A stretch of 63,651 nt of DNA, filler included, from Octopus bimaculoides (taxonomy: Eukaryota): the NCBI RefSeq assembly GCF_001194135.2. It is 6 parts of 6 records of this genome, joined end to end, with 100 filler letters (N's around TTAATTAATTAA, not from the genome) between each part and the next. Parts side by side here need not be neighbours in the genome. Positions count along the whole stretch, not along the records: positions 61,316 to 63,651 come from NW_026432622.1; 5 more parts are not named here. One strand, 5' to 3'. The notes below the pieces were generated by a model. That model had not been told where the DNA came from, did no database searches, and saw only the letters and a program-made list of their open reading frames with translations. A program made the position numbers and the translations under genes. Positions 63,616-63,651 of this stretch are shown here, piece by piece. Position 1 is the stretch's first letter, and each line of letters opens with the position of its first letter.

Positions 63616-63651
<36 letters not shown>

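Overview
AT-rich, microsatellite- and transposon-saturated animal DNA from a gapped short-read draft. The SINE, RTE and Penelope repertoire points to an octopus genome (inference). Five identical 100-bp assembly spacers (44 N + TTAATTAATTAA + 44 N) split the window into six blocks whose adjacency is unproven. Host-gene content is three gene fragments read by hand: the last three coding exons of a cationic amino-acid transporter of the SLC7/CAT subfamily (minus strand, 14626-16300), two internal LRR exons of CARMIL/LRRC16 (plus, 25855-26999), and the large terminal exon of a DMA-domain Dmrt transcription factor (plus, 56089-57059) whose DM-domain exon was not found. The rest is decayed piggyBac, Helitron, maT, mariner, Gypsy, RTE, RLE-type (R4/Dong-like) and Penelope elements, tRNA-derived SINEs and simple repeats. 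Most noteworthy: several minimal type I hammerhead-ribozyme motifs with palindromic stem III, R4/Dong-like insertions sitting in (TAA)n arrays downstream of Dmrt (one flanked by a 253-bp direct repeat), and a C4HC3 PHD finger embedded in the RTE reverse transcriptase. I found no convincing wholly new biological system.
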